Shown: positions 20,634-33,313 of the stretch, piece by piece | Layout of the letters: every line of letters starts with the position of its first letter | Numbering within the stretch: the stretch's first letter is position 1 | Origin: Macrostomum lignano | Taxonomy: Eukaryota | Assembly (NCBI GenBank): GCA_002269645.1 | Contig: NIVC01000092.1 | Location: 310,001 to 374,000, forward strand | Reading direction: 5' to 3' | DNA: 64,000 bases | The notes under the pieces: model-generated | What the model was told of the DNA's origin: nothing | The model's input: only the letters and a program-made list of their open reading frames with translations | Databases searched by the model: none | Made by a program: the position numbers and the translations under genes

Positions 20634-23600
20634 ATGTTTGTCTCAGACAAGACCGTTCAACGCTTTCTTCTCGTTGCCTTCAGCATCGTGTTTGTCTTGG
20701 GCTTCTTCCAGCTGGTCTTTGCGTCCATGTTCACTGCCGGCCAGATCTCGGCCAACAGGATTGAAGGCTTCAAAGGATTCGACAAGGGGAGCAATCTTGA
20801 AGCGAGCATAGTGACTTCGATGTTTGCCAGCTTGCTCGAACTTCTGACTGGCGTTGTTGGCTTTATTGCCGCTTTGAAGAAATGGCGACTCCTGCTCATG
20901 CTGGTGAGTCATTCAGCTTTGCTGGTTTGTTTTAATTTCTTCCGGGTTCTTCGGGTTTCAGGATGCTTTGAAGCTCAGGATTCAGGATTTCAGGATGGCT
21001 TAGACCTTGGCCTAAATTTGAAGGAGAATTATTTTTCAATTCGTTCCACCTAACTTTGAGATACATAAAACGGACTGGCGCCCCTTGGTGCTGGCGCCCC
21101 TTGGTGCTGGCGCCCCTTGGTGCTGGCGCCCCTTGGTGCTGGCGCCCCTTGGTGCTGGCGCCGCTTGGTGCTGGCACCCTTTGGTGCTGGCGCCCCTTGG
21201 TGCTGGCGCCCCTTGGTGCTGGCGCCCCTTGGTGCTGGCGCCCCTTGGTGCTGGCGCCCCTTGGTGCTGGCGCCCCTTGGTGCTGGCGCCCCTTGGTGCT
21301 GGCGCCCCTTGGTGCTGGCGCCCCTTGGTGCTGGCGCCCCTTGGTGCTGGCGCCCCTTGGTGCTGGCGCCCCTTGGTGCTGGCGCCCCTTGGTGCTGGCG
21401 CCCCTTGGTGCTGGCGCCCCTTGGTGCTGGCGCCCCTTGGTGCTGGCGCCCCTTGGTGCTGGCGCCCCTTGGTGCTGGCGCCCCTTGGTGCTGGCGCCCC
21501 TTGGTGCTGGCGCCCCTTGGTGCTGGCGCCCCTTAGTCTTCTCCTTTAGCCTCTACGCTCATTTCCACTCTTCTCCCCTCTCCCCTCTCCCCTCTTCTCC
21601 CTTCTCCCCTCTCCCTTCTCCCCTCTTCTCTTTTCTTACCTTCTATCTTTTCTCTCACCCCATCTCTCACCTTTCTTCTTGTCTCATCTCTAATCCCTAA
21701 TCTTCTTTTCCCTCTCCTTTCCACTCTCATCTGGCTCGCAGCCATGAGCTGGATTCTTTATCTGGCTTTTGTGGTAAAAAGAAGTTTGCCGATACCTGTT
21801 CCAGCAGAATCCAGCAATCTGCAATATGTATTCATTTTAGACCCTGGGCTTATTGGCCGGGATCATTGTCCTGAGCGTCGTCATCCTGGTGTCGACAGTC
21901 ACCAGCAGCAAGTCAATGTCCAAATCCAATATTAATGAAATCAAAGAGAAAATCATCGATCAATACGGCAGCACCAGAGATGAGGCTTCTATCAGGTTCT
22001 CTTTGTCTGCGGATCGATATCAAAAGCAGGTCGGATTTGCTGTTTTGACATTATATACGCTAGTATGCTAGTAAATCTACATTTACAAGCAAATCGCTCT
22101 GTTAGGGGGGGGGGGGGGGCCGTAGCCCTGCGGTAGCGCAGCTGCTCTGGTGTGCCAGCGACCCAGGCTCGATTCCAAGTGCAGTCACATTAATTTGGGG
22201 CTGAATGGGAATCTCGGCTTGGCTCTGCTCGTGCAATTAACGGCCTTGAGAGCCAACCCCCCAAGGCGCAGTGAAGTGTACATGCCTAACGATAATATAA
22301 AGTTAGGGCCACTGTACACTCCTGTGTGAGTGTGCCTGTGCGTATGACTGCGTATGTATCCGCGCGCTTGTATGCCTGCTCAGGGGAGTCGGCGGAATGG
22401 GCAGTAATGCCTCTCGCCGGTTGTGTGCCAATGTCGCTTAAAGTGCGCCAGGGTGCAAACAACCCCCCTGCCTCTAATAAGCAAATGGCTCTGCTCAAAT
22501 AAAAAATAAACTATAGTAACTACTACTGAGTAGGCTAGACTGCAGTACACATGTATGATTTATTATAGAGAGTGTATACATTTTAATAGCTACAGTTGGC
22601 CTACCAGCAACCCCCCATAAACCACACTCCTCAGCATCTCAGCAATCCCCCATGTAAGCATCAGCATCTCAGCAATCCCCCCATGTAAGCCTCAGCATCT
22701 CAGCAATCCCCCATGTAAGCCTCAGCATCTCAGCAATCCCCCCCATGTAAGCCTCAGCATCTCAGCAATCGCCCCATGTAAGCATCAGCATCTCAGCAAT
22801 CCCCCCATGTAAGCCTCAGCATCTCAGCAATCCCCCATGTAAGCCTCAGCATCTCAGCAATCCCCCCATGTAAGCCTCAGCATCTCAGAAATCCTCCATG
22901 TAAGCCTTAGCATCTCAGAAATCCTCCATGTAAGCCTCAGCATCTCAGAAATCCTCCATGTAAGCCTCAGCATCTCACTAATCCCCTCATTCTAATTGAA
23001 GTCCGATATCAACTCATTAAAAACTGTCGAAAGCATATAACAGCTAGCATAGACGCCTATACAAAGTAAAGACTTTTATTTATCGAGTCATTACCTGGCT
23101 TTCATGCTAAACCTTAAAACAGGAGAGGTGCTGCGGCTTCAGCAACGATGAGGGTGAAAATTTATTCATCAAGTCGCCCTGGTACACTCTTGGAGACAAA
23201 AAGAATACTCTGCCAGACTCCTGCTGCATCAGACTCCGTCGGGAGTGCAGAGAGGCCAAGAACCTCAAGGAGGCTCGAGAGAAGCAGTTTGTGCACATAT
23301 ATGCAAGTTTCACTGCGTGGGGTGGATTGGCTTGATTTTCTAGCACAACCCTATCAAACTAAAACTGCACCAGCTCTTCCATAAGACACCAGCATCATCA
23401 CTAACTCTTCCACAACACACCAATATATCACCAGCACGTCCACAAGACACCAACACATCACAAGCACGTCCACAAGACACCAGCACATCACCAGCTATTC
23501 CACAAGACATCAACACAGCACCAGCTCTTCCATAAAACACCAGCATCATCACCAGCTCTTCCACAACACACCAACACATCACCAGCTCCTCCACAACACA

Positions 23601-25069
23601 CCAACACATCACCAGCTCCTCCACAAGACACCAACATATCACCAGCTCCTCCACAAGACACCAACACATCACCAGCTCTTTCACAAGACACCAAAAAATC
23701 ACCAGCTCCTCCAAAAGACACCAGCATCATCACCAGCTCTTCCACAAGACACCAACACATCACCAGCTCTTCCATAAGACACCAAAATATCACCAGCTCT
23801 TCCATAAGACACCAGCATCATCACCAGCTCTTCCATAAGACACCAGCATCATCACCAGCTCTTCCATAAGACACCAACACATCACGAGCTCTTCCATAAG
23901 ACACCAGCATCATCACCAGCTCTTCCATAAGACACCAGCATCATCACCAGCTCTTCCATAAGACACCAGCATCATCACCAGCTCCTCCACAAGACACCAA
24001 CACATCACCAGCTCCTCCACAAGACACCAACACATCACCAGCTCCTCCACAAGACACCAACACATCACCAGCTCCTCCACAAGACACCAACACATCACCA
24101 GCTCTTTCACAAGACACCAAAACATCACCAGCTCCTCCACAAGACACCAGCATCATCACCAGCTCTTCCACAAGACACCAACACATCACCAGCTCTTCCA
24201 TAAGACACCAACACATCACCAGCTCTTCCATAAGACACCAGCATCATCACCAGCTCTTCCATAAGACACCAACACATCACGAGCTCTTCCATAAGACACC
24301 AGCATCATCACCAGCTCTTCCACAACACACCAACACATCACCAGCTCCTCCACAAGACACCAACACATCACCAACTCTTCCACAAGACACCAAAACATCA
24401 GCAGCTCTTTCACAAGACACCAAAACATCACCAGCTCTTCCACAAGACACCAGCAAGACACCAACACATCACCAGCTCTTCCATAAGACACCAGCATCAT
24501 CACCAGCTCTTCCATAAGACACCAACACATCACGAGCTCTTCCATAAGACACCAGCATCATCACCAGCTCTTCCACAACACACCAACACATCACCAGCTC
24601 CTCCACAAGACACCAACACATCACCAACTCTTCCACAAGACACCAAAACATCAGCAGCTCTTTCACAAGACACCAAAACATCACCAGCTCTTCCACAAGA
24701 CACCAGCAAGACACCAACATATCACCAGTAACCCGAACTGCACCAGCTGTTTTAGAAGACACCAACATTATATTAAATAAAAACTTTTCTATAAAACTTG
24801 TATATTACACAGTTCATCACTAACCATTCCGCAGGACTGTGTAACAAGCTTCAACAAAGGAATATCGACCAGAATTTGGACAGTCGTGTTCGACACAATT
24901 GCAGGCTTTCTTTTGCAGGTGCGACAGTCAAAATTAGACTCGGCATATTTTCAAACTACTCTCGCACAACTACAGCCAACAAACACATTTCATCTTTCGT
25001 TCTGATTTTCAGGGCAGCTGCATTGCCGGAACTCTGGTGATGATTATCAACATGACTGGACAGTCTTAG
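20634..25069 (+). CDS. Tetraspanin, ~259 aa, 5 exons
   Basis: Exons 20634-20903, 21841-22029, 23123-23302, 24835-24918 and 25013-25069, all phase 0. Four hydrophobic segments; EC2 with CCG (ERCCGF) and PDSCC; TM4 IWTVVFDTIAGFLLQGSCIAGTLVMII. Intron 3 needs a GC donor. Confidence 0.88.
21076..21534. repeat. 16-bp minisatellite (TGGTGCTGGCGCCCCT), tetraspanin intron 1
   Basis: Direct tandem units. Confidence 0.97.
22116..22480 (+). mobile_element. tRNA-derived SINE copy 3 (tetraspanin intron 2)
   Basis: Nearly identical to the reverse complement of 2345-2706. Confidence 0.87.
22628..22985. repeat. ~31-bp minisatellite (GTAAGCCTCAGCATCTCAGCAATCCCCCCAT)
   Basis: Direct tandem units in tetraspanin intron 2. 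Confidence 0.95.
23372..24765. repeat. ~30-bp minisatellite (CACCAGCTCTTCCACAAGACACCAACACAT), tetraspanin intron 3
   Basis: Direct tandem units. Confidence 0.95.
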
Positions 25070-25419
25070 CAAGTCAGGATTATTAATTTTCCCAAAGCCG
25101 GATAACACGGGATTAAGACTGAGTAGAAACAGTCACTCCAACAGTTTGTTTTCATTTATCAGGCCACATAACTTTTGAACCAAGAAACTAACATTTCACA
25201 AGTATTATTTATAGCACGCGCGATGCAGAACTTTCTACAAGCATTGTAATACGAGTAGAAACCTACTCTTAGCTTTATGTTTGCTCACAGTAATACATTA
25301 AATATTGAGAGCCCTCTCTCTGTATTCAAGGAGCAGAGATCGAATCCAATATACTAAAAGTGGTCTTTCGGTATAGGTTCGTGGTTTGTTTTATTGCTTT
25401 TGAATGTGTCTGTCTGTCG

Positions 25420-25814
25420 TAGGAGCAGCCACCGACTTCTTGAAGATTGACGTCAGCTTGTGCTTTGACGAGTGAGTTCACAACTTTATGGTGGCCATTC
25501 TCTGATGCAATGTAGAGAGGTGAACCGCCTTGGATTTGTTGAAGATTGACGTCAGCTTGCGCTTTGATGAGTGAGTTCACAACTTTATGGTGGCCATTCT
25601 CTGATGCAATGTAGAGAGGTGATTCACCAGTGTACGTTGAAGATTGACGTCAGCTTGTCCTTGAATAAACAGCTTTAACAGTTTTTAACAGTTTTTAACA
25701 GTTTTTAATTTTTCCATTTCACATGCAAAGTGAAGTGGTGATAATGTTGTCTTATGGATGCTGAAGAGACTATCAACGTTGGAAATCTTCTGCAGGTACC
25801 GTTTCATTTTCTAA
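25420..25814 (-). pseudogene. Ankyrin-repeat pseudogene segment, 3' part, interrupted by the Gypsy element
   Basis: SPLHFACEMEKLKTVKLFIQGQADVNLQ / GESPLYIASENGHHKVVNSLIKAQADVNLQ / GGSPLYIASENGHHKVVNSLVKAQADVNLQ. Disabled by a 10-bp triplication (AAAAACTGTT x3) and a 1-nt deletion near 25630. Confidence 0.8.
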
Positions 25815-28800
25815 TGTTGTGTAGCCAAGGCTTGAAGTTTTCCAGTTGAGTTGAAAAGTAAAGTGCTAGGTGCGCACAGTTGCTTTATTTATATTTTGCT
25901 ATTTAAGAAAAACTACATGACAGATATTTTAACTACACTAGAAAAACTGCACGATCGATAAATTAAAGAGCTAGAGATATCACGTGATTAATAATACATT
26001 ATACTGATAATTTATCAACTACTCTACTTAAAGTAGCAGTATAAGTAATAGACAATAATAATAATATAGTTAGCATTTACGTTATAGTAGAAATATTAGC
26101 GTAAAATATTATCTATCATTAAGTTGGTCTGTCAGGTTACACGACACAACATCTTCCCCCTCTCCGATTGATCACCAGCCGTAGCGCTGCAGAGGACGTC
26201 GCGGACGAGTGGACCGTTGCAAAGCCGGAGCCGGTGGTCCTTCGGCTGGACCAGAAGTTGGTTGTCGAACCTCTCCCCCTCCGTCTTGCTCTTGGACATC
26301 CACGAGGGGATCAAACTCGCCAGCCGCAGATGCCTCGTAGTTTGGTCGCAGAGATGTCGGCACCAGCGCTTGCTGGTTCCAGGTGCTGCCGTCCGCCAGT
26401 CGACAGGCCGCACCCATCGCCTTGACGATCTGCAGCGGCGCATAGAGCCGGCTGCCGAGCTTGCCAGGTCGTGTTGGCCGGCGGATTCTGACCCAGTCAC
26501 CGGTGCGTAATGTCGGCTGCTGGGCTCCACGCCGTTGGTCGGTGTACGCTGCCGTCCGCTGTTGACGTTGCTGAATGCGTTCGACGATATCTAGGTTGTG
26601 CAGCAGCGGCGTTCTTGACCGGAGCAAGTAGCGACATGGGCTTGCGCCAGCGGCGACCCAACATCAGTTCGGCTGGGTTCTTGCCAATCAGGGCGTGCGG
26701 CGTGCTGCGGTAGCTCTCGAGAAACTGCAACAGCGCGTCCTGCATCTGCACGTTATCGGCTCTAGAGGCTCGAATGCTGTTCATCAGGGACCTGTTGAGT
26801 CGCTCGGTTTGGCCGTTGGTACTCGGTCGGTACGGACAAGTCTTCAGGTGTTGGATGCCCTGTTCTCGCAGGAACCCGGTGAAGGCGTCGCCGTGAAGAT
26901 TTTGGTCGGGTGGTGATCAGTCACCCGAAAACTCCCACTTCCAGACACTTAAGCCTGGGAACAAAATCAGTGATCACTTACTGTTGCGGGCTCCTCTTCT
27001 TTGTCGCGCGTGTCTGTAGAGCTCGTCTCCGTAGAGCTGTTCCTCCCGGGGTAGTCTTCCTGAAGTCTAGAATCGGCCGAAAGTGAGAGCGTAACAATAA
27101 AATCGACGTCGCAGTATTTCCTCGAGTGCCGAAATCAATGTATTCCTCGAGTGCAGAAATCAATATCAACGATGCGCCCTAATAACAAAATCAACTTCTA
27201 TAATAACGCGAGGTCCTCCAAAAGGGCGTCTTCTTCTAGAACTAACGGAATCGGAGTCGTGTGCTCCTATCGGTTAATCTAGGATAACCAAAATCAATCA
27301 AATCGATAATCCTCTAAGGGTATCGGAATCGGTCCACAGATCCTATCCAATCCCTTGGGAAAAGGGAGGCCTCAAATTCAATAGTCTCAGTTAAATCAAC
27401 TGAAACTCAAAAAATCAATCAAATCGCTCTCAAAAAATCAATTCAATGACAAAGGCTCGAACAAGACCTTACCGAACGGTATGTATTTCCTCAGAGATGT
27501 AGCCTCGCTTAGCTGTTCCAGCAAGCTCCCAAGATCTTTAGAGGCTGCTCCGATGATGTGTTCCTTATTACCAGTCCTCAACTGTAATCAAGGAACAATC
27601 ACTTCTAGCTCAGTAGCTAGGCAACCCAGTAAGTCAACAGAAGGTATTCAATTACCTTGAGTCCTTAGGAGATATCTCGAAGTAGTTCTCGGGTAGTTCT
27701 CGTCAATATCGTGTAGTCAACTTCTGACTTGCGTTCGTAGATCGGGTCCGAGTCTTCTTTCTTCCTTAGAAATAGTTCCGGCCGGATTCTGTCGCTCGGA
27801 CCAATACGCTCGTAGGAAGCTTCCAAATTAACAATGGGATCCCTGCGCCAAACTGCGGTATCGTCTAAGCCTTCTCCTTCTAGCAGTGCCTCTATGCACT
27901 CTAGGAATAGCTCCGGAATCCACTGATAGTCTTCTAAGATCTATCAGGGGCAGTCCTTCTGCAGACTCCAACCAGTGGAGTCTAACTAGACTCAAGAGTC
28001 TCAACAGACTCAAATAAACTCAAGTCACACTAGACTTGAGCGAGACGTCTCTAACACAACGGCAAAAATGAGTAAGGCTTACCGCAAGAACTCGACCGAG
28101 TCTCGAGTTGCTGTAGGAAGTCTGCTGCAGAGCTTCCTCTTCGGAGCTTCTCTCTCGGAGACTTTGTTGGCTCCGGGTCCGTTCCGGACCGCTTGTATTT
28201 ATAGGCGCTTTTTCAGTCCAAAATAGCAGCATTACAACTCACGTGTTGCGCTAAAAGGGGAACATGGCTCATTGCGTATTTTTCTGGTAACAACTTATCT
28301 GGTAACGTGATTCATTTAAAATTTAGGTGCGCATGCGTGTACTTACTTACTTACAGTAGCATCCTACGATTAACTTCCTTTTCCTTTTTTTTACGGGAGG
28401 TAGAACATTCTACACTGAGTCTGAGATTTCAGCTCGGATTTTTCGTTTGTATTTATACACAGTTTGTCGGCCTTGAGTCGGCCTTGAGCTCAAAACCGGT
28501 TTTTTTATGAGTTCATGAAAGGAATTTTATTATTTGACAGGTGGGGTTTTTGAAAGGGGTGAGACTTGGGTCACATTCAGGTTAACATTTACCATATTTG
28601 GAAGTTCTAAAAATAGATGTCGAGAACCGGTTTTTTCGAACAATAGCATAGCCACTCGCTGTTTGCGTGATATTACTGGTAAAGTATGACACATAGAGTA
28701 TGACACATAGCTATTTTTAAATTTGTGTTCATAATTTTATCTTACTACTTCCAGTAGGCTACCATGTTTGGAGATCTCTACAGCCGAACTGAGGTCCGTT

Positions 28801-31800
28801 GTCGGTGAGGACCTTCTCGCAGAGGCCCCAGCGTGCGAACAGACTGCGTAGCACCTTACAGACCGTGTCGGTGTTGATGCTTGAAGTCGCGAAGACCTCC
28901 TGCCACTTGCTGTGCAGATCCGTGATGACCAGTAGGAATCGTGACGACGCCGGCGCTGCCTGCAGTTCACCCACGATGTCGATGGCGATCTCTGTCCACG
29001 GCGAATCTGGCCATGGCAGGGGCTGCAGCGGAGCCGGTCGCAGCTTGAAATTCTTCTCCGCAGTCTCGCAGGCGCCGCAGTCTCTAACAAACGTCTCGAC
29101 GTCGGCGTCCATCCTCAGCCACCAGGCGAACTCGCGAAGCTGCAGCTGCTTGGTACGCACCACCCCCGGGTGTCTCGTATGCGCGGACTCCAGAAGCTCA
29201 CGCCCCAGGTCCTGTGGGATGACAGCGCGGTCTTGGAGTCTTGGAAGGCCAGGCAGGAGCCGTCTTGCCAGATGCTGAGATGCTCTCCGACTTTGAAGTA
29301 CGGCTGCGACTCGGTGTCCTTGGCCGAACTCCAGTTGCCGGTGGTAACTCGCTGAATGACTTCGCGCAGTATCGTGTCCTCTGCGGTGGCCGTTGCTAGC
29401 CCCTGTGGCGTGAAGATTCGGAGTCGAGGCATCGCGGTGTCCGGCAATTGGACGACGTTCATGTCCGTCCCGCAGCTCCATCTCGACAGCATGTCGGCCA
29501 CCAAGTTGCGACTCCCCGGGAGGTAGCGCATGTGGAAGTCGTACTGCTGAAATCGGTCAAACCACCGGTGAATGCGCAGTGGCCGATGTCCGGTGCCGCT
29601 GGGTCCCATCAGCAGCTGTCGCAGGGCCTGGTGATCCGTTCGCAGCTCGAAATGGCGCCCGTACAGGTAGTAGTGCCACTTTTCCATGGCCCACAGGCTC
29701 GCCAGTGCCTCTCGCTCGTTCGCAGCGTATAGTTTCTTGGTCTCCGTCAGCGCACGTGCCGCGAATCCGATCGGTCGTTCTATGCCGCCTTAAATCTGTG
29801 ACAGCTGTGCGCCCAGGGACTCGGCGCTGGCGTCGCTGGTGACGATTGTCTCAGCGTCGGGGTCGAAATGCGCCAGGACCGGCGGATTGCAGATTGCCGC
29901 TTTCAGCGCCTGAAAGACTCGCTCGCACTCAGCTGTCCATTCGAACTCGGCATCGCCCTTGAGTAGAGGCCTCAGCGGCGTCGTGACCTCGGCGAAATGG
30001 GGAACGAACCGCATCAGATAATTAGCCGATCCGAGGAACGCCTGCAGCTCCTTGCTCTTCGGTGCGCGCAGCTCGTTGAAAGCCTTGGTCTGGGACTCGG
30101 ATGGCAGGATGCCGTCTGCCGAGAAGACGAAGCCGAAAAAACTCTATCTCGGTCTTCCGTAGCCCGCACTTGTCCTTGTTGGCGGTGAGGCCGGCGTCCT
30201 CCAGTCGCTTCAGCAGAGCTCGCAGCCTTGAGTCGTGTTCGGCCTCAGTTGCTCCGAAGACGATGAAGTCATCCAAGATGTGCTCCACTCCGGGCAGATG
30301 GGCCACCAGGTCGTCCAGCATCCTTTGGAAGGCCGCCGGAGCAGAGGCTAGGCTAAACGGCACCCGGCAGTAACGGTACAAGCCCTGGTGCGTAATGAAG
30401 GTCGTCAGGTTGCGTGATGACAGATGCAGCTGCATCTACATGTAGCCTGCCTTGAGGTCGATCTTGGAGACCACGCGGCTGCCGCGGCCGCCTTGATTTT
30501 CGCGGAGATCTCGTCCAGCTGCGGCATCGAGTGTCGGTCGATGACCAGCGACTTATTTGGTTCGCGCACGTCGATGCACACTCGAACGCTGCCGTCTTTC
30601 TTGTTCACCACGACCAGATTGGAAATCCATGGGCTCGAGTTGACCCGCTCGATGATGCCTGCTGCCTCCAGACGATCGAGCTCCTCGCCGACCTGTTGCT
30701 TCTGGCGAGTGGCAGGCGGCGCAGCGGCTGCTGCACTGGTGGCACGGCCGTGTTGATTCTCGGTTGGTGCACCGCTCCTCTGCAGAGACCGATTGCTCCG
30801 TCGAAGACCGCTGGGAACTCGCTGGCGATGTCCACGTTGGCAATTCCGACGTTGGCATTGCGAGGCTGGAGTTGCACTTGGATGCCCAGCTTCTGCATCA
30901 GATCGCGGCCGACGATATTTTCGCCCGACCTAGTGACGTGAAAGTCGTGTTGCAGTTCTTGCTGCGGTACTTGACGCAGACTGTTGCGAGCCCTGCGACG
31001 GCGAGCTTCTTCCCGCCGTAAGCTCATAGCTGCACTGCCGATGGCTTTAGATCGATGTCGCTTAGACTTCTCGCCGTAGCCTCGTTGAGCAGAGAAACTT
31101 TGGCGCCGCAGTCGACCATCATGCTGACTGTCTTCAAGCAGTCGCCCAGCTGCAGCTCGACTCTGATCTCGTCGCCTCCATGGACCGCGTAGATCGTGAC
31201 AGTCTCGTCTGCATTGACTTGGAGTGATTTGTTGCGGCAGCATCGACTGAAGTGGTTTAATTTCCCGCAACTGTTGCATTTCTTGCCGTGCGCGGGACAC
31301 TTCGCCTTGGCCTCGTGGCTCCGTCCGCATCGGGTGCAGAGCTTTTGGCCGGGTGCTGCGACCTGCTGTCGGGCGGAGAGCTGCCGGGGCCCTGTCGCCT
31401 CGCTGCTTGCTGCACCGTCTGGACGCTCTCAAAGGAGCTGGTCGCCGCCATCGCCTTGCTGCCTGCCGCCGCGTCCTCGATCGTAGTCGCGATGACAACT
31501 GCTTGCTCTAGTGTCAGCCTGGCGGCGTCCTCCGTCAGAAGACGCTCGCGAATTAGAGTGCTGCTTGTCTTCTGGGCAAGCTGGTCGCGGATCATTTCGT
31601 CTGTCAGAGGTCCGTAGCTGCACGTGGCTGATAGCTCTCGTAGCGCTGCGACGAACCTGACTGCGTCTTCGCCCGGCAGCTGCTGTCGCTCCCTGAATCG
31701 ATGACGCGCCAGCATCACACTTGGTCGGTCGCCAAATACCGTCGTCAGCTGATCGCGGGTTTGCCAGAAGGTACGACCGTCGACAATCGCATTTCGGGCC

Positions 31801-32105
31801 CTTGCCATCCGCTGCCCCTGGAAGCCGAGAAGGTGCAGTAGAAGGTTCTTGCACACCGTCGCCAGTCGCCTAGCCTCATCTGGCAGGGCTTCTTCGCCTG
31901 CCGGTCGGGGTGTCCAGATTTGGGCTGCTTGACAGTAGAAGTCGAATGCGTCCAGTCATCTGTTCCATGGGACCGCCGGTGTTCCGCTTGCTGGCAGAAA
32001 TGGTGCAGGTGGGCTAACGTTGAGAGCCATCTTCGTTGATCCTCGTCGCCAGTTGTTGTGTAAAATATTATCTATCATTAAGTTGGTCAGGTTACACGAC
32101 ACAAA
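25815..32105 (-). mobile_element. Degenerate Ty3/Gypsy (Mag-like) LTR retrotransposon
   Basis: 3' LTR 25815-26151; internally deleted 5' LTR ~32054-32105. PBS TGGCGACGAGGAT (matches the tRNA-Ser(GCT) 3' end as I recall it); PPT GGAGAGGGGGAAGA. gag from 32030 with CCHC knuckles (CNSCGKLNHFSRCC); protease VDCGAKVS; RT HILDDF; RNase H TDHQAL/ADMLSR; integrase H..H-C..C, IAIDI, TDNGPQF, NGQTERLN. Stops and frameshifts present. Possible TSD TCTAA/TCTAG. Confidence 0.93.
26894..28782 (-). mobile_element. Solo LTR (1889 bp) nested in the Gypsy integrase
   Basis: TGAAGA...TCTACA ends with GCCG TSD (26890-26893, 28783-28786). It separates integrase TDNGPQF from GDAFTGFLREQGIQHLKTCPYRP. Same family as 15150-16024. 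Confidence 0.78.
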
Positions 32106-32470
32106 ATCTAGCATAATGGCTTCCAGCTGCTCCTGCTCAGTCTCATTAACGCTCTCGCTTTGGCCTGCTGACCTGCCGATGGTCTGCATCAGAACTGCTG
32201 CAGTCGCTGTCAAGATTCTTCACAGGACTTCCATGTTATAATGAGATTTATCCGGTTGAATATTGAGAATCCTGCTCGGTCTCTTGAATTTATGCATTCT
32301 CGCTTATTTGCATTAGAACAGTCAACTACTATCAACTCGTATTGGGAGTGCTGCCACCGTCCAATTAAAATATGTGAGGTGGTGGCTGCTTCTGAAGTTG
32401 GTCTGTGGTTAGAAAGAATGACACCTGTTGTATGTTGTACAACGGTAACTTCTAGTGATCCTTGTGACAC
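32106..32470 (-). pseudogene. Probable 5' part of the ankyrin pseudogene, upstream of the Gypsy insertion
   Basis: The minus frame ...EQEQLEAIML joins LENETVPAED on the other side of the insertion through the TCTAR target site. Stops and frameshifts are present and no domain is confidently recognised. Confidence 0.4.
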
Positions 32471-33313
32471 CTACTGTCAAATTATTACTTTCTGTTGTAT
32501 CCAAAAGTTTTTTTGCAAACTCTATTCTACTTCATTATGGCTTTGGGTTTGTTGTAACGAGAACTTTCTTGAAGAATGAAGTATAAATCTATCAAGTCTC
32601 AGTTTATACTGCAGATAGAAAGACAACTTACAGAAACGAAAAAAATTAATTTCTTGCTGGGCAAAGTAAACTAATTAAAGGAGTTTGAGAGTTCGAATAA
32701 AAGGATTTTTTAAGTCCCTGGACATGTTGTCCTTTTCGTTTTACTCCACTGAAACGTACTGTACATACTGCTTATGGCTACTTGTATGACAGCGTCCTTG
32801 CTACCAGGGCAGTTACTTTCTTCGTTCAAAAAATTCTAATAAAAATTTAGATAATTGAAGACTAAAACAAAAAACTGAAGCTAAATGAAGTTCTACGAAT
32901 TTGGCACTAATGTTGAAAAAAGTACATGTAGAGGAACAGATTTAAAAATCTGACTTAGAAAAGGGCTATAGGCTTTAGAACAGTGTACAAGCGCTAGACT
33001 GACCTTAGTTCAAGTGAATAGTCAGGAGTCTACGCAGGGGGGTTGGGGGCAGCAGAGTGAGATATCAAAGTTGCGAGACTGAACTTTTGTCTATGGCCAA
33101 AGCTGTTCGATCCAGTCAGTCAAAATATGGGGTGGCAGGGCCCAAGCGCGAGAGACCTCTTTGCCCCCCGCCCTTTCCCTTCACCCTTTCTCTCTCTTTT
33201 CTCGCTCCCCGATCGCTCGCAATTTGACAGTTCCCCTCAGCTTCTACTGAACAAGACAGCCAGTGTCCTACCAGTTGTGAAGTCAAGTCAGCTGATAGAC
33301 CAACAGAAGAACA

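Noticed and set aside
21744-21776. Possible extra tetraspanin exon (MSWILYLAFV)
   Set aside because: Joining it in phase 0 gives an immediate stop, and exon 1 joins 21841 directly to complete TM3.
22116-22190. Possible tRNA genes at the SINE heads
   Set aside because: A and B boxes are present, but no full cloverleaf is evident and each head continues into a shared ~290-bp body.
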